Assembly: GCA_950097015.1 (NCBI GenBank)
Contig: CATNEN010000039.1
Coordinates: 6,448,001 to 6,512,000, forward strand
Origin: Macrostomum hystrix
Lineage: Eukaryota; Animalia; Platyhelminthes
Reading direction: 5' to 3'
Length of the DNA: 64,000 nt
The translations under genes and the position numbers were made by a program. How positions within the stretch are numbered: the stretch's first letter is position 1; each line of letters starts with the position of its first letter. The notes below the pieces were generated by a model. The model did no database searches. It saw only the letters and a program-made list of their open reading frames with translations, and was not told the DNA's origin. Positions 26,041-37,002 of the stretch are shown here, piece by piece.

Positions 26041-29000
26041 TCAGGTTTGTTTCCCGCCACCGGCGCCGCCTCTGCCGCCGTCCAGGTTGTCGCAGGAGCG
26101 CGAGCTGAAATGCTTCCTGATGAACTCGCCAACAATTCTGCGAGGTGACCGCAGCCTGGAACTGCCGCTGCCGCCGCCGAAGTCACCGCCACCGCGGCCG
26201 GTGACTCTTGGCTTCGACCTGGCTTTGATGTCGCGCTGACGCTGCGACCGGATGGTGGCCAGAATCGACACCAGCAGTTCGTCGACGCCATGATTTAGCG
26301 CCGAGGACACCTCCGAGTAGTGGGCGCCGTACACTGCGGCTAGACTCTTGGCTTCTGTGGAGCACAAAGGATTGGTCTTTAGGTGAATGAATTGATTTAG
26401 GTGAATAAAAATAATTGCAGGAGGGCTGCGGGCAATGGCACATAGTTTGGTGACACTAGACCCGCAGCCAGCGAGGAGGCAATTCTGCCCATTTCGCTGA
26501 CTCCTGAGCACACAGCACACAGATACTGAACGCAGGCACACGCTCACACAGGTGTGTACATCTGCCCTGACTTTCTCATCGTCAGGCAGTGTACACTCTC
26601 ACTGTGCCTTGGAGGCTGGCCCTCAAGGGCGTGAATTGCACGACAATCCCCCACGCTTTCTCTTTGCGGCTGCGCCCCAAATAAATGTGGCCTCGCCGCG
26701 GAATCGAACTCAGGATCATTAGTGCGAGATGCAAACGTGTTAGACCGCTCCGTCACTCACCACCCATGGTTTGGTTGTGAATCCTCAGATTTTCGGTGAA
26801 TAATGCAGTAAAGCAGCGGCAGAATATTAACTCGAAATATTGAGCAATCACGACTCAGTCTAAATAACAGATTGGTCACACCTATGCCTCACTATGACTG
26901 AATATTAATCTTCCTCATATTTTCTACATTTCCAAAATCCTCTAATGACCTTCACAATATTCGTTCGTTTACTCGTCCCATCCCTCCTTTTTGTCTGTGC
27001 CTTGCCGTGACAGGGTCGCGGTAGATTTTAATTCCCAAGACTGGCACGGGATCTCCCAGACCGGGCCAAAAAATCTGTCCAGGCCAAATCTCTGGGGCAA
27101 ATTATTTGGACAAATCCCAGTCACAGCTAATCAAGATTGATGCACTGCAGAATTACAGATTGCATGCTAGCGTGAGGTTTATTAAACTCACGTTAGCATA
27201 GCTGACAATTAGTGAGACAACAAGATTAACTTTTCAGGTGTTACTACGAGAAAACATAATTGAAGACTTGAAAACTAGAAAACTAGAAAACAAGAAAACT
27301 AAAAACTAGAAGTCTACGAGTAGTTTCTCGTAAATAATATTTATAACTCAGAACTGGAACAGATTCTAAGAAGATCTAAGATATTAAAAATTTTCTAACA
27401 GATTCTAATAAGTTGGTCGAACAGATTATAGATCAGATTATAGAACAGATTAGATAGAACAGTTTAATAACCAATACGGAACTTTTCAAACCTATCCCAG
27501 ATGCCTAACAAATCACAGATGTCAAACCAATCTCAGATGTCCAACCAATCCTAGATATCCAACCAATCACAGATGTCCAACCAATCACAGATGTCCAACC
27601 AATCACAGATGTCCAACCAATCACAGATGTCCAACCAATCACAGATGTCCAACCAATCACAGATGTCCAACCAATCACAGATGTCCAACCAATCACAGAT
27701 GCCCAACCAATCACAGATGCCCAACCAATCATAGATGTTCAACCAATCCCAGATATCCAAATAATCACAATCAATCAGTCACCTTCGCGGCGCACCTCTC
27801 GACCGCGGACCAGATCCGCCTTGTTGCCGGCCAGCGCCAGGGCAGTTAATCCGGACGGTGTCGCTGACAGACGGCCGAGCAGACGGCGGGCCTCGGCGAA
27901 TGAGCGGCGACTGTCGAGCGAGAACACCACCAGGTAGGCGTCGGCCGGTTGCAGCGGCTGACAGTCGGCCTGAGCGGATAAGCTGCAGAGTGGTCCGTCT
28001 GTCCCTGTCCTTCTGTCCCTGTCCTTCTGTCCCTGTCCTTCTGTCCCTGTCCTTCTGTCCCTGTCCTTCTGTCCCTGTCCTTCTGTCCCTGTCCTTCTGT
28101 CCCTGTCCTTCTGTCCCTGTCCTTCTGTCCCTGTCCTTCTGTCCCTGTCCTTCTGTCCCTGTCCTTCTGTCCCTGTCCTTCTGTCCCTGTCCTTCTGTCC
28201 CTGTCCTTCTGTCCCTGTCCTTCTGTCCCTGTCCTTCTGTCCCTGTCCTTCTGTCCCTGTCCTTCTGTCCCTGTCCTTCTGTCCCTGTCCTTCTGTCCCT
28301 GTCCTTCTGTCCCTGTCCTTCTGTCCCTGTCCTTCTGTCCCTGTCCTTCTGTCCCTGTCCTTCTGTCCCTGTCCTTCTGTCCCTGTCCTTCTGTCCCTGT
28401 CCTTCTGTCCTTGTCCTTCTGTCCTTGTCCTTCTGTCCCTGTCCTTCTGTCCCTGTCCTTCTGTCCCTGTCCTTCTGTCCCTGTCCTTCTGTCCCTGTCC
28501 TTCTGTCCCTGTCCTTGTCTCACCTGGTCTTCCGCTTCGCTCTGCGTGTCCAGAAACGTCACGTGATACTCTTCTCCATCTAGCAGCACCGTGACGAACC
28601 TCTCACCCCGGGCCGGCTCACGATCCTCCTCCGCTGGGTTGGCGTCTGTCCAGAGGAGTGGGGTGGGGGTAACATGCTTGAGCCGACTTTGCCAGCCGCG
28701 TCTGTGACTGCCTGTCTGTGACTGCCTGTCTGTGACTGCCTGTCTGTGACTGCCTGTCTGTGACTACCTGTCTGTGACTGCCTGTCTGTGACTGCCTGTC
28801 TGTGACTACCTGTCTGTGACTGCCTGTCTGTGACTACCTGTCTGTGACTGCCTGTCTGTGACTGCCTGTCTGTGACTGCCTGTCTCAGAGTACCTAGCTT
28901 TCATTTTCAGTACTTCAGTGACAGTCTTCGGCGAAGTTTTTGGCTCTGTTTTTGTCTTTGTAACTTCGGCGAAGTTAAAGTGTCTGTCCTTTAGCGCCTG

Positions 29001-31311
29001 TCTTGAAGTGTCTATCTTCTAGTTCCCTCTCCTCTCCAGTTTCTGTCTTTTAAGACCTGTTCTAAAGTCTGTGTCTTTAAGTGTCTGTCCTTTAGTGTCT
29101 GTCCTATAGTGTCTGTCCTGTAGTGTCTGTCCTATAGTGTCGTCCTGTAGTGTCTGTCTTTAAGTGTCTACCCGGTAGTGTCTGTCCTGTAGTGTCTGTC
29201 CTGTAGTGTCTGTCCTGTACTGTCTGTCCTGTAGTGTCTGTCCTGTAGTGTTTGTCCTGTAGTGTCTGTCTGTAGTGTCTGTCCTGTAGTGTCTGTCCTG
29301 TAGTGTCTACCCTGTAGTGTCTGTCCTGTAGTGTCTGTCCTGTAGTGTCTGTCCTGTAGTGTCTACCCTGTAGTGTCTGTCCTATAGTGTCTACCCTGTA
29401 GTGTCTGTCCTGTAGTGTCTGTCCTGTAGTGTCTGTCCTGTAGTGTCTGTCCTGTAGTGTCTGTCCTGTAGTGTCTGTCCTGTAGTGTCTGTCTTTAAGT
29501 GCCTGTCTTTGGTGTTTGTCAATTTCACATTCCATACTAAAGCCGCAGTTGAGCAGTATGCTGGCATCCAGTTTGCTGGGCTATTCATTTTCAGCTCAAT
29601 GCGGGCAAATTAATAGGGAATGCCTCCATAGGAATGCAGGAGAGAAATCGGATATGCCAGATCTCGAAGGTTAGAAAGAAAGAAATAGAAAGATGCATGC
29701 TTCTATTATATTCATTCAGCATTCACTTTTCAATTCCAAAATTTTCCCAAATCCCATGAAGATCCCGGCAGTGATCCCAGGCGCCCCTTTAGTCGCCTGC
29801 CGGGATTGCCCTCAGGGCTCTGAGCAGATGAAATCACCGAGACTAAAACTGGCGCCTCATTATCCGCCTCTGCTAGGCCACTTCCCGCAATTGGCAGGCA
29901 GAGCAGAAGGGAAATTTGAATGCTTCCCATGGATCCCCATCTCTCCCCATCTCCCTCTCTTGACTTCTCTGTTCTCATCACGTACAGCGAAGCTTCGCAC
30001 AATCGTTGGAAAAAAGAAGTGCCAGTAGATAGAGATATTTAAGACTTATAATGGCACTCCGCTTCTGCTCCGTGTTTTGCGGCCTTTTTACAAGCAAATC
30101 CTTTTTTTACCTAGTCGGGTTGTTAGCCCAGCCAAGACTTTAGTTGCAGCACCTGAGCAAAACAATTGACTGCGAAATCTGCTTTGAGCTCCGCATGCCC
30201 AGCCTGTGTGGCTTCCTTCCGACTCGCCGCATCACTGCCTCATGGCCTGTTTCGCTGCCTCCTCACTGACTGATTGAACAGAGAGGCCTGACAATTCAAG
30301 CCAGCCGCGTGTACTTTTGACAATAGGCGACGCCCGGAATTGCCTCACTATCAATGACATTTATTTCTCTTCGAAAAAGATTGGGAAAAGGAGAGATTGA
30401 GAAGAGAGGAGATTGGGAAGAGGGGAGATTGGGAAGAGGGGAGATTGGGAATAGGGGAGATTAGGAAGAGAGGAGATTAGTAAGAGGGGAGATTGGGAAG
30501 AGAGGAGATTAGTAAGAGGGGAGATTGGGAAGAGAGGAGATTGGGAAGAGAGGAGATTGGGAAGAGAGGAGATTGGGAAGAGGGGAGATTTGGAAGAGGG
30601 GAGATTGGGAAGAGGGGAGATTTGGAAGAGGGGAGATTTGGAAGAGGGGAGATTGGGAAGAGGGGAGATTGGGAATAGGGGAGATTGGGAATAGGGGAGA
30701 TTTGGAAGAGGGGAGACTGGGAAGAGGGGATGATCTGAAAGTAGCAAATTAGGAGGAGGGGTTTTAGAAGCCGGTGACAGGGAAATCGAATAATTAGGAG
30801 GAAGGAGATTAGGCAGAGGGGATAATTTGAAAGATGGGAAACTTTTTCAGTAGAGCCAGGGCAGATACTCACCGGCGAAGACATCGAGGGCGCGGCACTC
30901 AGAGGACAGGAACTGCTCGCACAATGTGCTCTTGCCAACTCGCGGTTCTCCGAGCACCTGCACCAGGTACTGCTGGCAACGGCTGGCTGCGGCTGCCACT
31001 GTGGTAACAACGGCGGCTGTAGCGGCGGCGGCAGCAGCGGGTGTTGTCGTCGGCGGTGGCGCAGCGGCTACAGCCGCAGCTGCAGCAGCGGCCGCTGGCG
31101 TCAGCTCTAAGTCGCTGCTGGCTGCCGAGCTGGTCAGGCTGCAGCTGCTCCTGGCGCTGCGGACCAGCAGGTCGCCATCGTTAACGATGCCGCGGCGGGT
31201 TCGCCGGAAGCTGCGGACTCGCTCCAGCTGGGGCTGCAGCGGCGGCTGCGAATCAAACTCACGACGCTCTCGCGCGCTGCCGTATCGAGGTCGCCGACTA
31301 GCCGACATCAT
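26041..31311 (-). CDS. RGK-family small GTPase (Rad/Rem/Gem/Kir-like)
   Basis: Exons 31311(first ATG; frame open further 5')-30873, 28645-28524, 27969-27783, 26354-26041, phase-consistent. Motifs: N-terminal RVRSFRRTRRGIVNDGD, P-loop VLGEPRVGKS, VTFLD, AYLVVFS, AGNKADLVRGREV, SEVSSALNHGVDELL, C-terminal SRSCDNL. Confidence 0.9.
26405..26760 (-). mobile_element. tRNA-derived SINE, family B (best-preserved copy)
   Basis: Minus-strand head gtgacggagcggtctaacacg...gagttcgattc (A/B boxes), internal hairpins, and 3' stem-loops before an A/T tail. Homologous to 43615-43888 and 3543-3778. Confidence 0.8.
27507..27760. repeat. 18-bp minisatellite (ccaaccaatcacagatgt)n
   Basis: About 14 units next to an RGK splice donor. 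Confidence 0.9.
27998..28515. repeat. 14-bp minisatellite (tctgtccctgtcct)n filling RGK intron 2
   Basis: About 37 units occupy nearly the whole 554-nt intron 27970-28523. Confidence 0.95.
28700..28884. repeat. 14-bp minisatellite (tctgtgactgcctg)n
   Basis: About 13 units in RGK intron 1. Confidence 0.9.
29080..29495. repeat. 14-bp minisatellite (ctgtagtgtctgtc)n
   Basis: About 29 units in RGK intron 1. Confidence 0.9.
30378..30730. repeat. 16-bp minisatellite (ggggagattgggaaga)n
   Basis: About 22 units in RGK intron 1. Confidence 0.9.
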
Positions 31312-31697
31312 CGACGCCGAGTGGGGTTTGTTTGCTTCGGTCGCTTGAGACGGTGCCAGTCCGTGCTGAGATCGCGACCTTCGGGTGTCGAGTTGCGGCT
31401 GGCGCTGCCAGAGGTAGGAGCTGCTGTAGTCCACGCACAGCAGGTTCGGGTTCACCAGGTGAGATCCGCACGCGTTTGAGCAGTTCTCTGCGGCATCATC
31501 GTAGTCCTACTCGTTGCCGGCCACAATTGGCTGAGACAGCGACAAGCCAATGGGAGGCCGGGGGGACTCGCTTACTCCACGGCTGCACATCCTGCGTGTG
31601 TCTGTGAGGCTGCGGTGGAGACTGCACTTTTTGCCTGCTTTATGGCGCTCTCTTAGACCAGCCTATGCTATCACAGAACCCAACAATGCCACAGTAC

Positions 31698-31930
31698 GAT
31701 TCTCCCTTCATCTCAACTGATTCTCCCTTCATCTCAACTGATTCTCCCTTCATCTTAATTGATTCTCCCTTCATCTCAAATGATTCTCCTTTCATTTCCT
31801 TTGAGTCTCCCTTCTTCTGAATCGACTCTCACTCCATCTCATTTGACTCTCTCTTTATTTAATAAGCGTCTCGCTTCATCTCAACTTATACTTCCTTCAT
31901 CTTAATTGATTCTCCCATCGTCTGTAGCGA
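31698..31930. repeat. Degenerate 21-bp repeat (gattctcccttcatctcaact)n
   Basis: Clear units at 31698-31800, decaying rightwards. Confidence 0.75.
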
Positions 31931-32493
31931 TTTTCCCTTCATCGCCTTTGACTCTCCTTTCTTTCCCTCCCTCCTTATAATCCATCAAAAGTCGCTATTT
32001 ATACCATATACTAATACAAATGATACTACTCATTTGAGTAGTAAGAAGCTGAAAAAAACAAACGAAAAACATTTATCTCTTCAGGGATATAATTATTCTA
32101 GAAAGTGAATGAGAAGAAACGGTGATAGGATAAATGGACAAGGGGTAGGCGGCGGTAGGTAGAGATTGAAAGGTAGGGAAGACAAGAAAGGGAGATCGGT
32201 AGAGAACAGTTTTGGTAAGGATGCAAGATAGGAGATCGAAGGAGAGATAAGAAGGTGAGTAGGGTCAGAGGGAAGACACTGAGTAGGGTGCTGCTGTAAC
32301 TGAGTGGGAAAATGGCTTGCGGTTTTAAAGAAAATTATAACTACTTAAAAAAGGACTCACATTTGATGCAGATGAATCTGAGATATGAGCTCCGACTCGA
32401 TCTGTTTAGGTCAGTGTTGATACAGGCGATATCCTGGTTTATGGTGTCACGGGATGCGAAATATAAAACTAATGTGGCGGACATGAGTGAAAA

Positions 32494-32885
32494 TAGGGTA
32501 GAGAGGGAAGTGGGTAGAGTAGAGTGGGAACTCAGTTAGAGAGGGACCTGGGTAGAGTAGAACTGGAAGTGGGTAGAGTAGTGAGGAAACTGGGTAGAGT
32601 AGAGTGGGAAACGGGTAGAGTAGAGTGGGAAACGGGTAGAGTAGAGTGGGAAACGGGTAGAGTAGAGTGGGAAACGGGTAGAGTAGAGTGGGAAACGGGT
32701 AGAGTAGAGTGGGAAACGGGTAGAGTAGAGTGGGAAACGGGTAGAGTAGAGTGGGAAACGGGTAGAGTAGAGTGGGAAACGGGTAGAGTAGAGTGGGAAA
32801 CGGGTAGGATAGAGAGGGAACTCAGTTAGAGAGGGACCTGGGTAGAGTAGAATTGGAAGTGGGTAGAGTAGTGGGAAACGGGTAG
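32494..32885. repeat. 21-bp minisatellite (gggtagagtagagtgggaaac)n
   Basis: Perfect core at 32592-32805 with diverged edges. Confidence 0.9.
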
Positions 32886-33840
32886 GGTAGCGAACCAATG
32901 TACATCACAAAAGCAGTGCTGATAATCTAAACTCCTATATGACAGCGCATTTAGCCAGCTTCAAGTCCGAGGTCGGTAGACAGGCTAGACAGAATCGAAA
33001 AGTATGAAGACTGCCAGGCAGTTTCTTAGTCTATAATAACAAATTGTATTTTTCATCTTCGGTTTAGCAGCATCACAAACCGAATGCGACACTTCACAGC
33101 TCTATCTGGCTGCAGAATCGCAGTGACTGCAAAGACAGTTAAGCTGTCTGGTCTCTGAGCTTTAGGTAATGGACTCTCGAGCTGGCACTTGAGTTCACGC
33201 AGTCTCACTATTCTCTCGTCTGTCACTCTCACAGAGCCCTGGCTTCATGAGACGCAGCAATAGAATAGCCTGAAGAAGTTTTCAATTATTCATATTGTAG
33301 AATTTCTGTTAGCCTAAATTTCTTTTCGAAGAAGAAAACAGAATTTCATCACGCCCTGCCATTCCAGATTCTATTAGACTTGAGAAAGTTCTTGATCGTT
33401 TCCAAGGAGTCTGATCTCCAATGAGAAATTAAAACGTTTGTGAAGTCCTTTTGTGGCCGACTTGGGACTCAATTTCCGTTTCAATTGACTTCTCTCAACT
33501 CAGAGCCATATTCCCAAGTGTCCAGGCCTATTGTTGCTGATTCCTTCATTTTGCCAAGGCTCCATTTTCTTTAAAACTCTGTGCGTTTTGGGTCCAGAGT
33601 TAACTACAGCCAATAAGACTGCCGCCTGACCCTACCACTTAGTTGCACTATTTTATAAAGTGTGAATCTTTATTGTGAATCTTCAGTAAAACTTTAGTTT
33701 AAGTTTCGGTTAGTGTAATGTCGGCATCCTTTATAAAATGACAATGGATAGCAAGAATTGTATCAAAATCAGCGACAGTGACATTGCATTCCTCGTGTAA
33801 GTTATCAACGAGTCCGCAGCTAACATGTTCAATCAATGCT

Positions 33841-36800
33841 TTAGCATAGTCTCAAGTGCTTTGACTGAGCACAGCATAGTCTCAGGTGAGTGAGCACAGG
33901 ATAGTCTCTGGTGATTTGACTGAGCACAGCATAGTCTCTGGTGATTTGACTGAGCACTGCATAGTCTCTGGTGCTTTGACTGAGCACAGGATAGTCTCTG
34001 GTGATTTGACTGAGCACAGCATAGTCTCTGGTGCTTTGACTGAGCACAGCATAGTCTCTGGTGATTTGACTGAGCACAGCATAGTCTCTGGTGCTTTGAC
34101 TGAGCACAGCATAGTCTCTGGTGATTTGACTGAGCACAGCATAGTCTCTGGTGCTTTGACTGAGCACAGCATAGTCTCTGGTGATTTGACTGAGCACAGC
34201 ATAGTCTCTGGTGCTTTGACTGAGCACAGCATAGTCTCTGGTGATTTGACTGAGCACAGCATAGTCTCTGGTGCTTTGACTGAGCACAGCATAGTCTCTG
34301 GTGCTTTGACTGAGCACAGCATAGTCTCTGGTGATTTGACTGAGCACTGCATAGTCTCTGGTGCTTTGACTGAGCACAGCATAGTCTCTGGTGATTTGAC
34401 TGAGCACAGCATAGTCTCTGGTGCTTTGACTGAGCACAGCAGTCTCTGGTGCTTTGACTGAGCACAGCATAGTCTCTGGTGATTTGACTGAGCACTGCAT
34501 AGTCTCTGGTGCTTTGACTGAGCACAGCATAGTCTCTGGTGATTTGACTGAGCACAGCATAGTCTCTGGTGCTTTGACTGAGCACAGCATAGTCTCTGGT
34601 GATTTGACTGAGCACAGCATAGTCTCTGGTGCTTTGACTGAGCACAGCATAGTCTCTGGTGCTTTGACTGAGCACAGCATAGTCTCTGGTGATTTGACTG
34701 AGCACAGCATAGTCTCTGGTGCTTTGACTGAGCACAGCATAGTCTCTGGTGCTTTGACTGAGCACAGCATAGTCTCTGGTGATTTGACTGAGCACTGCAT
34801 AGTCTCAAGTGCTTTGACTGAGCACAGCATAGTCTTAAGTGCTTTGACTGAGCACAGCATAGTCTCTGGTGATTTGACTGAGCACTGCATAGTCTCTGGT
34901 GCTTTGACTGAGCACAGCATAGTCTCTGGTGATTTGACTGAGCACAGCATAGTCTCTGGTGCTTTGACTGAGCACAGCATAGTCTCTGGTGATTTGACTG
35001 AGCACAGCATAGTCTCTGGTGCTTTGACTGAGCACAGCATAGTCTCTGGTGCTTTGACTGAGCACAGCATAGTCTCTGGTGATTTGACTGAGCACAGCAT
35101 AGTCTCTGGTGCTTTGACTGAGCACAGCATAGTCTCTGGTGCTTTGACTGAGCACAGCATAGTCTCTGGTGATTTGACTGAGCACTGCATAGTCTCAAGT
35201 GCTTTGACTGAGCACAGCATAGTCTTAAGTGCTTTGACTGAGCACAGGATAGTCTCAAGTGCTTTGACTGAGCACAGGATAGTCTCAGGTGCTTTGACTG
35301 AGCACAGGATAGTCTCAAGTGCTTTGACTGAGCACAGGATAGTCTCAAGTGCTTTGACTGAGCACAGGATAGTCTCATGTGCTTTGACTGAGCAAAGGAT
35401 AGTCTCAGGTGCTTTGACTGAGCACAGGATAGTCTCATGTGCTTTGACTGAGCAAAGGATAGTCTCAGGTGCTTTGACTGAGCACTGCATAGTCTCTGGT
35501 GATTTGACTGAGCACTGCATAGTCTCTGGTGATTTGACTGAGCACAGCATAGTCTCTGGTGATTTGACTGAGCACAGCATAGTCTCAAGTGCTTTGACTG
35601 AGCACAGCATAGTCTCTGGTGATTTGACTGAGCACAGCATAGTCTCAGGTGCTTTGACTGAGCACAGCATAGTCTCAGGTGCTTTGACTGAGCACAGCAT
35701 AGTCTCTGGTGCTTTGACTGAGCACAGCATAGTCTCTGGTGCTTTGACTGAGCACAGCATAGTCTCTGGTGCTTTGACTGAGCACAGCATAGTCTCTGGT
35801 GCTTTGACTGAGCACAGCATAGTCTCTGGTGCTTTGACTGAGCACAGCATAGTCTCTGGTGATTTGACTGAGCACAGCATAGTCTCTGGTGCTTTGACTG
35901 AGCACAGCATAGTCTCTGGTGATTTGACTGAGCACAGCATAGTCTCTGGTGCTTTGACTGAGCACAGCATAGTCTCTGGTGATTTGACTGAGCACAGCAT
36001 AGTCTCTGGTGCTTTGACTGAGCACAGCATAGTCTCTGGTGATTTGACTGAGCACAGCATAGTCTCTGGTGCTTTGACTGAGCACAGCATAGTCTCTGGT
36101 GATTTGACTGAGCACTGCATAGTCTCTGGTGCTTTGACTGAGCACAGCATAGTCTCTGGTGCTTTGACTGAGCACAGCATAGTCTCTGGTGATTTGACTG
36201 AGCACAGCATAGTCTCTGGTGATTTGACTGAGCACAGCATAGTCTCTGGTGATTTGACTGAGCACTGCATAGTCTCTGGTGCTTTGACTGAGCACAGCAT
36301 AGTCTCTGGTGATTTGACTGAGCACAGCATAGTCTCTGGTGATTTGACTGAGCACTGCATAGTCTCTGGTGCTTTGACTGAGCACAGCATAGTCTCTGGT
36401 GATTTGACTGAGCACTGCATAGTCTCTGGTGCTTTGACTGAGCACAGCATAGTCTCTGGTGATTTGACTGAGCACAGCATAGTCTCTGGTGCTTTGACTG
36501 AGCACAGCATAGTCTCTGGTGCTTTGACTGAGCACAGCATAGTCTCTGGTGATTTGACTGAGCACTGCATAGTCTCTGGTGATTTGACTGAGCACAGCAT
36601 AGTCTCTGGTGATTTGACTGAGCACAGCATAGTCTCTGGTGCTTTTACTGAGCACAGGATAGTCTCAAGTGCTTTGACTGAGCACAGGATAGTCTCAAGT
36701 GCTTTGACTGAGCACAGGATAGTCTCAAGTGCTTTGACTGAGCACAGGATAGTCTCAGGTGCTTTGACTGAGCACAGGATAGTCTCAAGTGCTTTGACTG

Positions 36801-36900
36801 AGCACAGGATAGTCTCAGGTGAGTGAGCACAGGATAGTCTCAGGTGAGCGAGCACAGGATAGTCTCAGGTGAGTGAGTTCAGGATAGTCTCAGGTGAGTG
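33841..36900. repeat. 30-bp satellite (gactgagcacagcatagtctctggtg[a/c]ttt)n, ~100 units
   Basis: Near-perfect 3-kb array; source of the 1004-aa, 790-aa and related repetitive ORFs. Confidence 0.97.
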
Positions 36901-37002
36901 TGAGTGAGTAAGTCTAAAGAGACAAGAGTGATGTGGTCTCAGCGGCAAACTCGCGGCAATATCGGAATATTTCCAAGAAAGCGCATTCACCGTCGCATTC
37001 AG

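Noticed and set aside
11388-32898. Other periodic ORFs (e.g. 11388-12119, 12775-13728, 16065-17036, 17999-19484, 25281-25945, 27846-28589)
   Set aside because: All coincide with intronic or intergenic minisatellites, and the real exons splice around them with consistent phases.
33833-36855. Very long ORFs (1004, 790, 568 aa) as repetitive proteins
   Set aside because: They result from a stop-free 30-bp satellite open in several frames on both strands. The caggtgagt donor-like motif at the array end is phase 1 in the long + frame, whereas the next CNBD exon needs phase 2.
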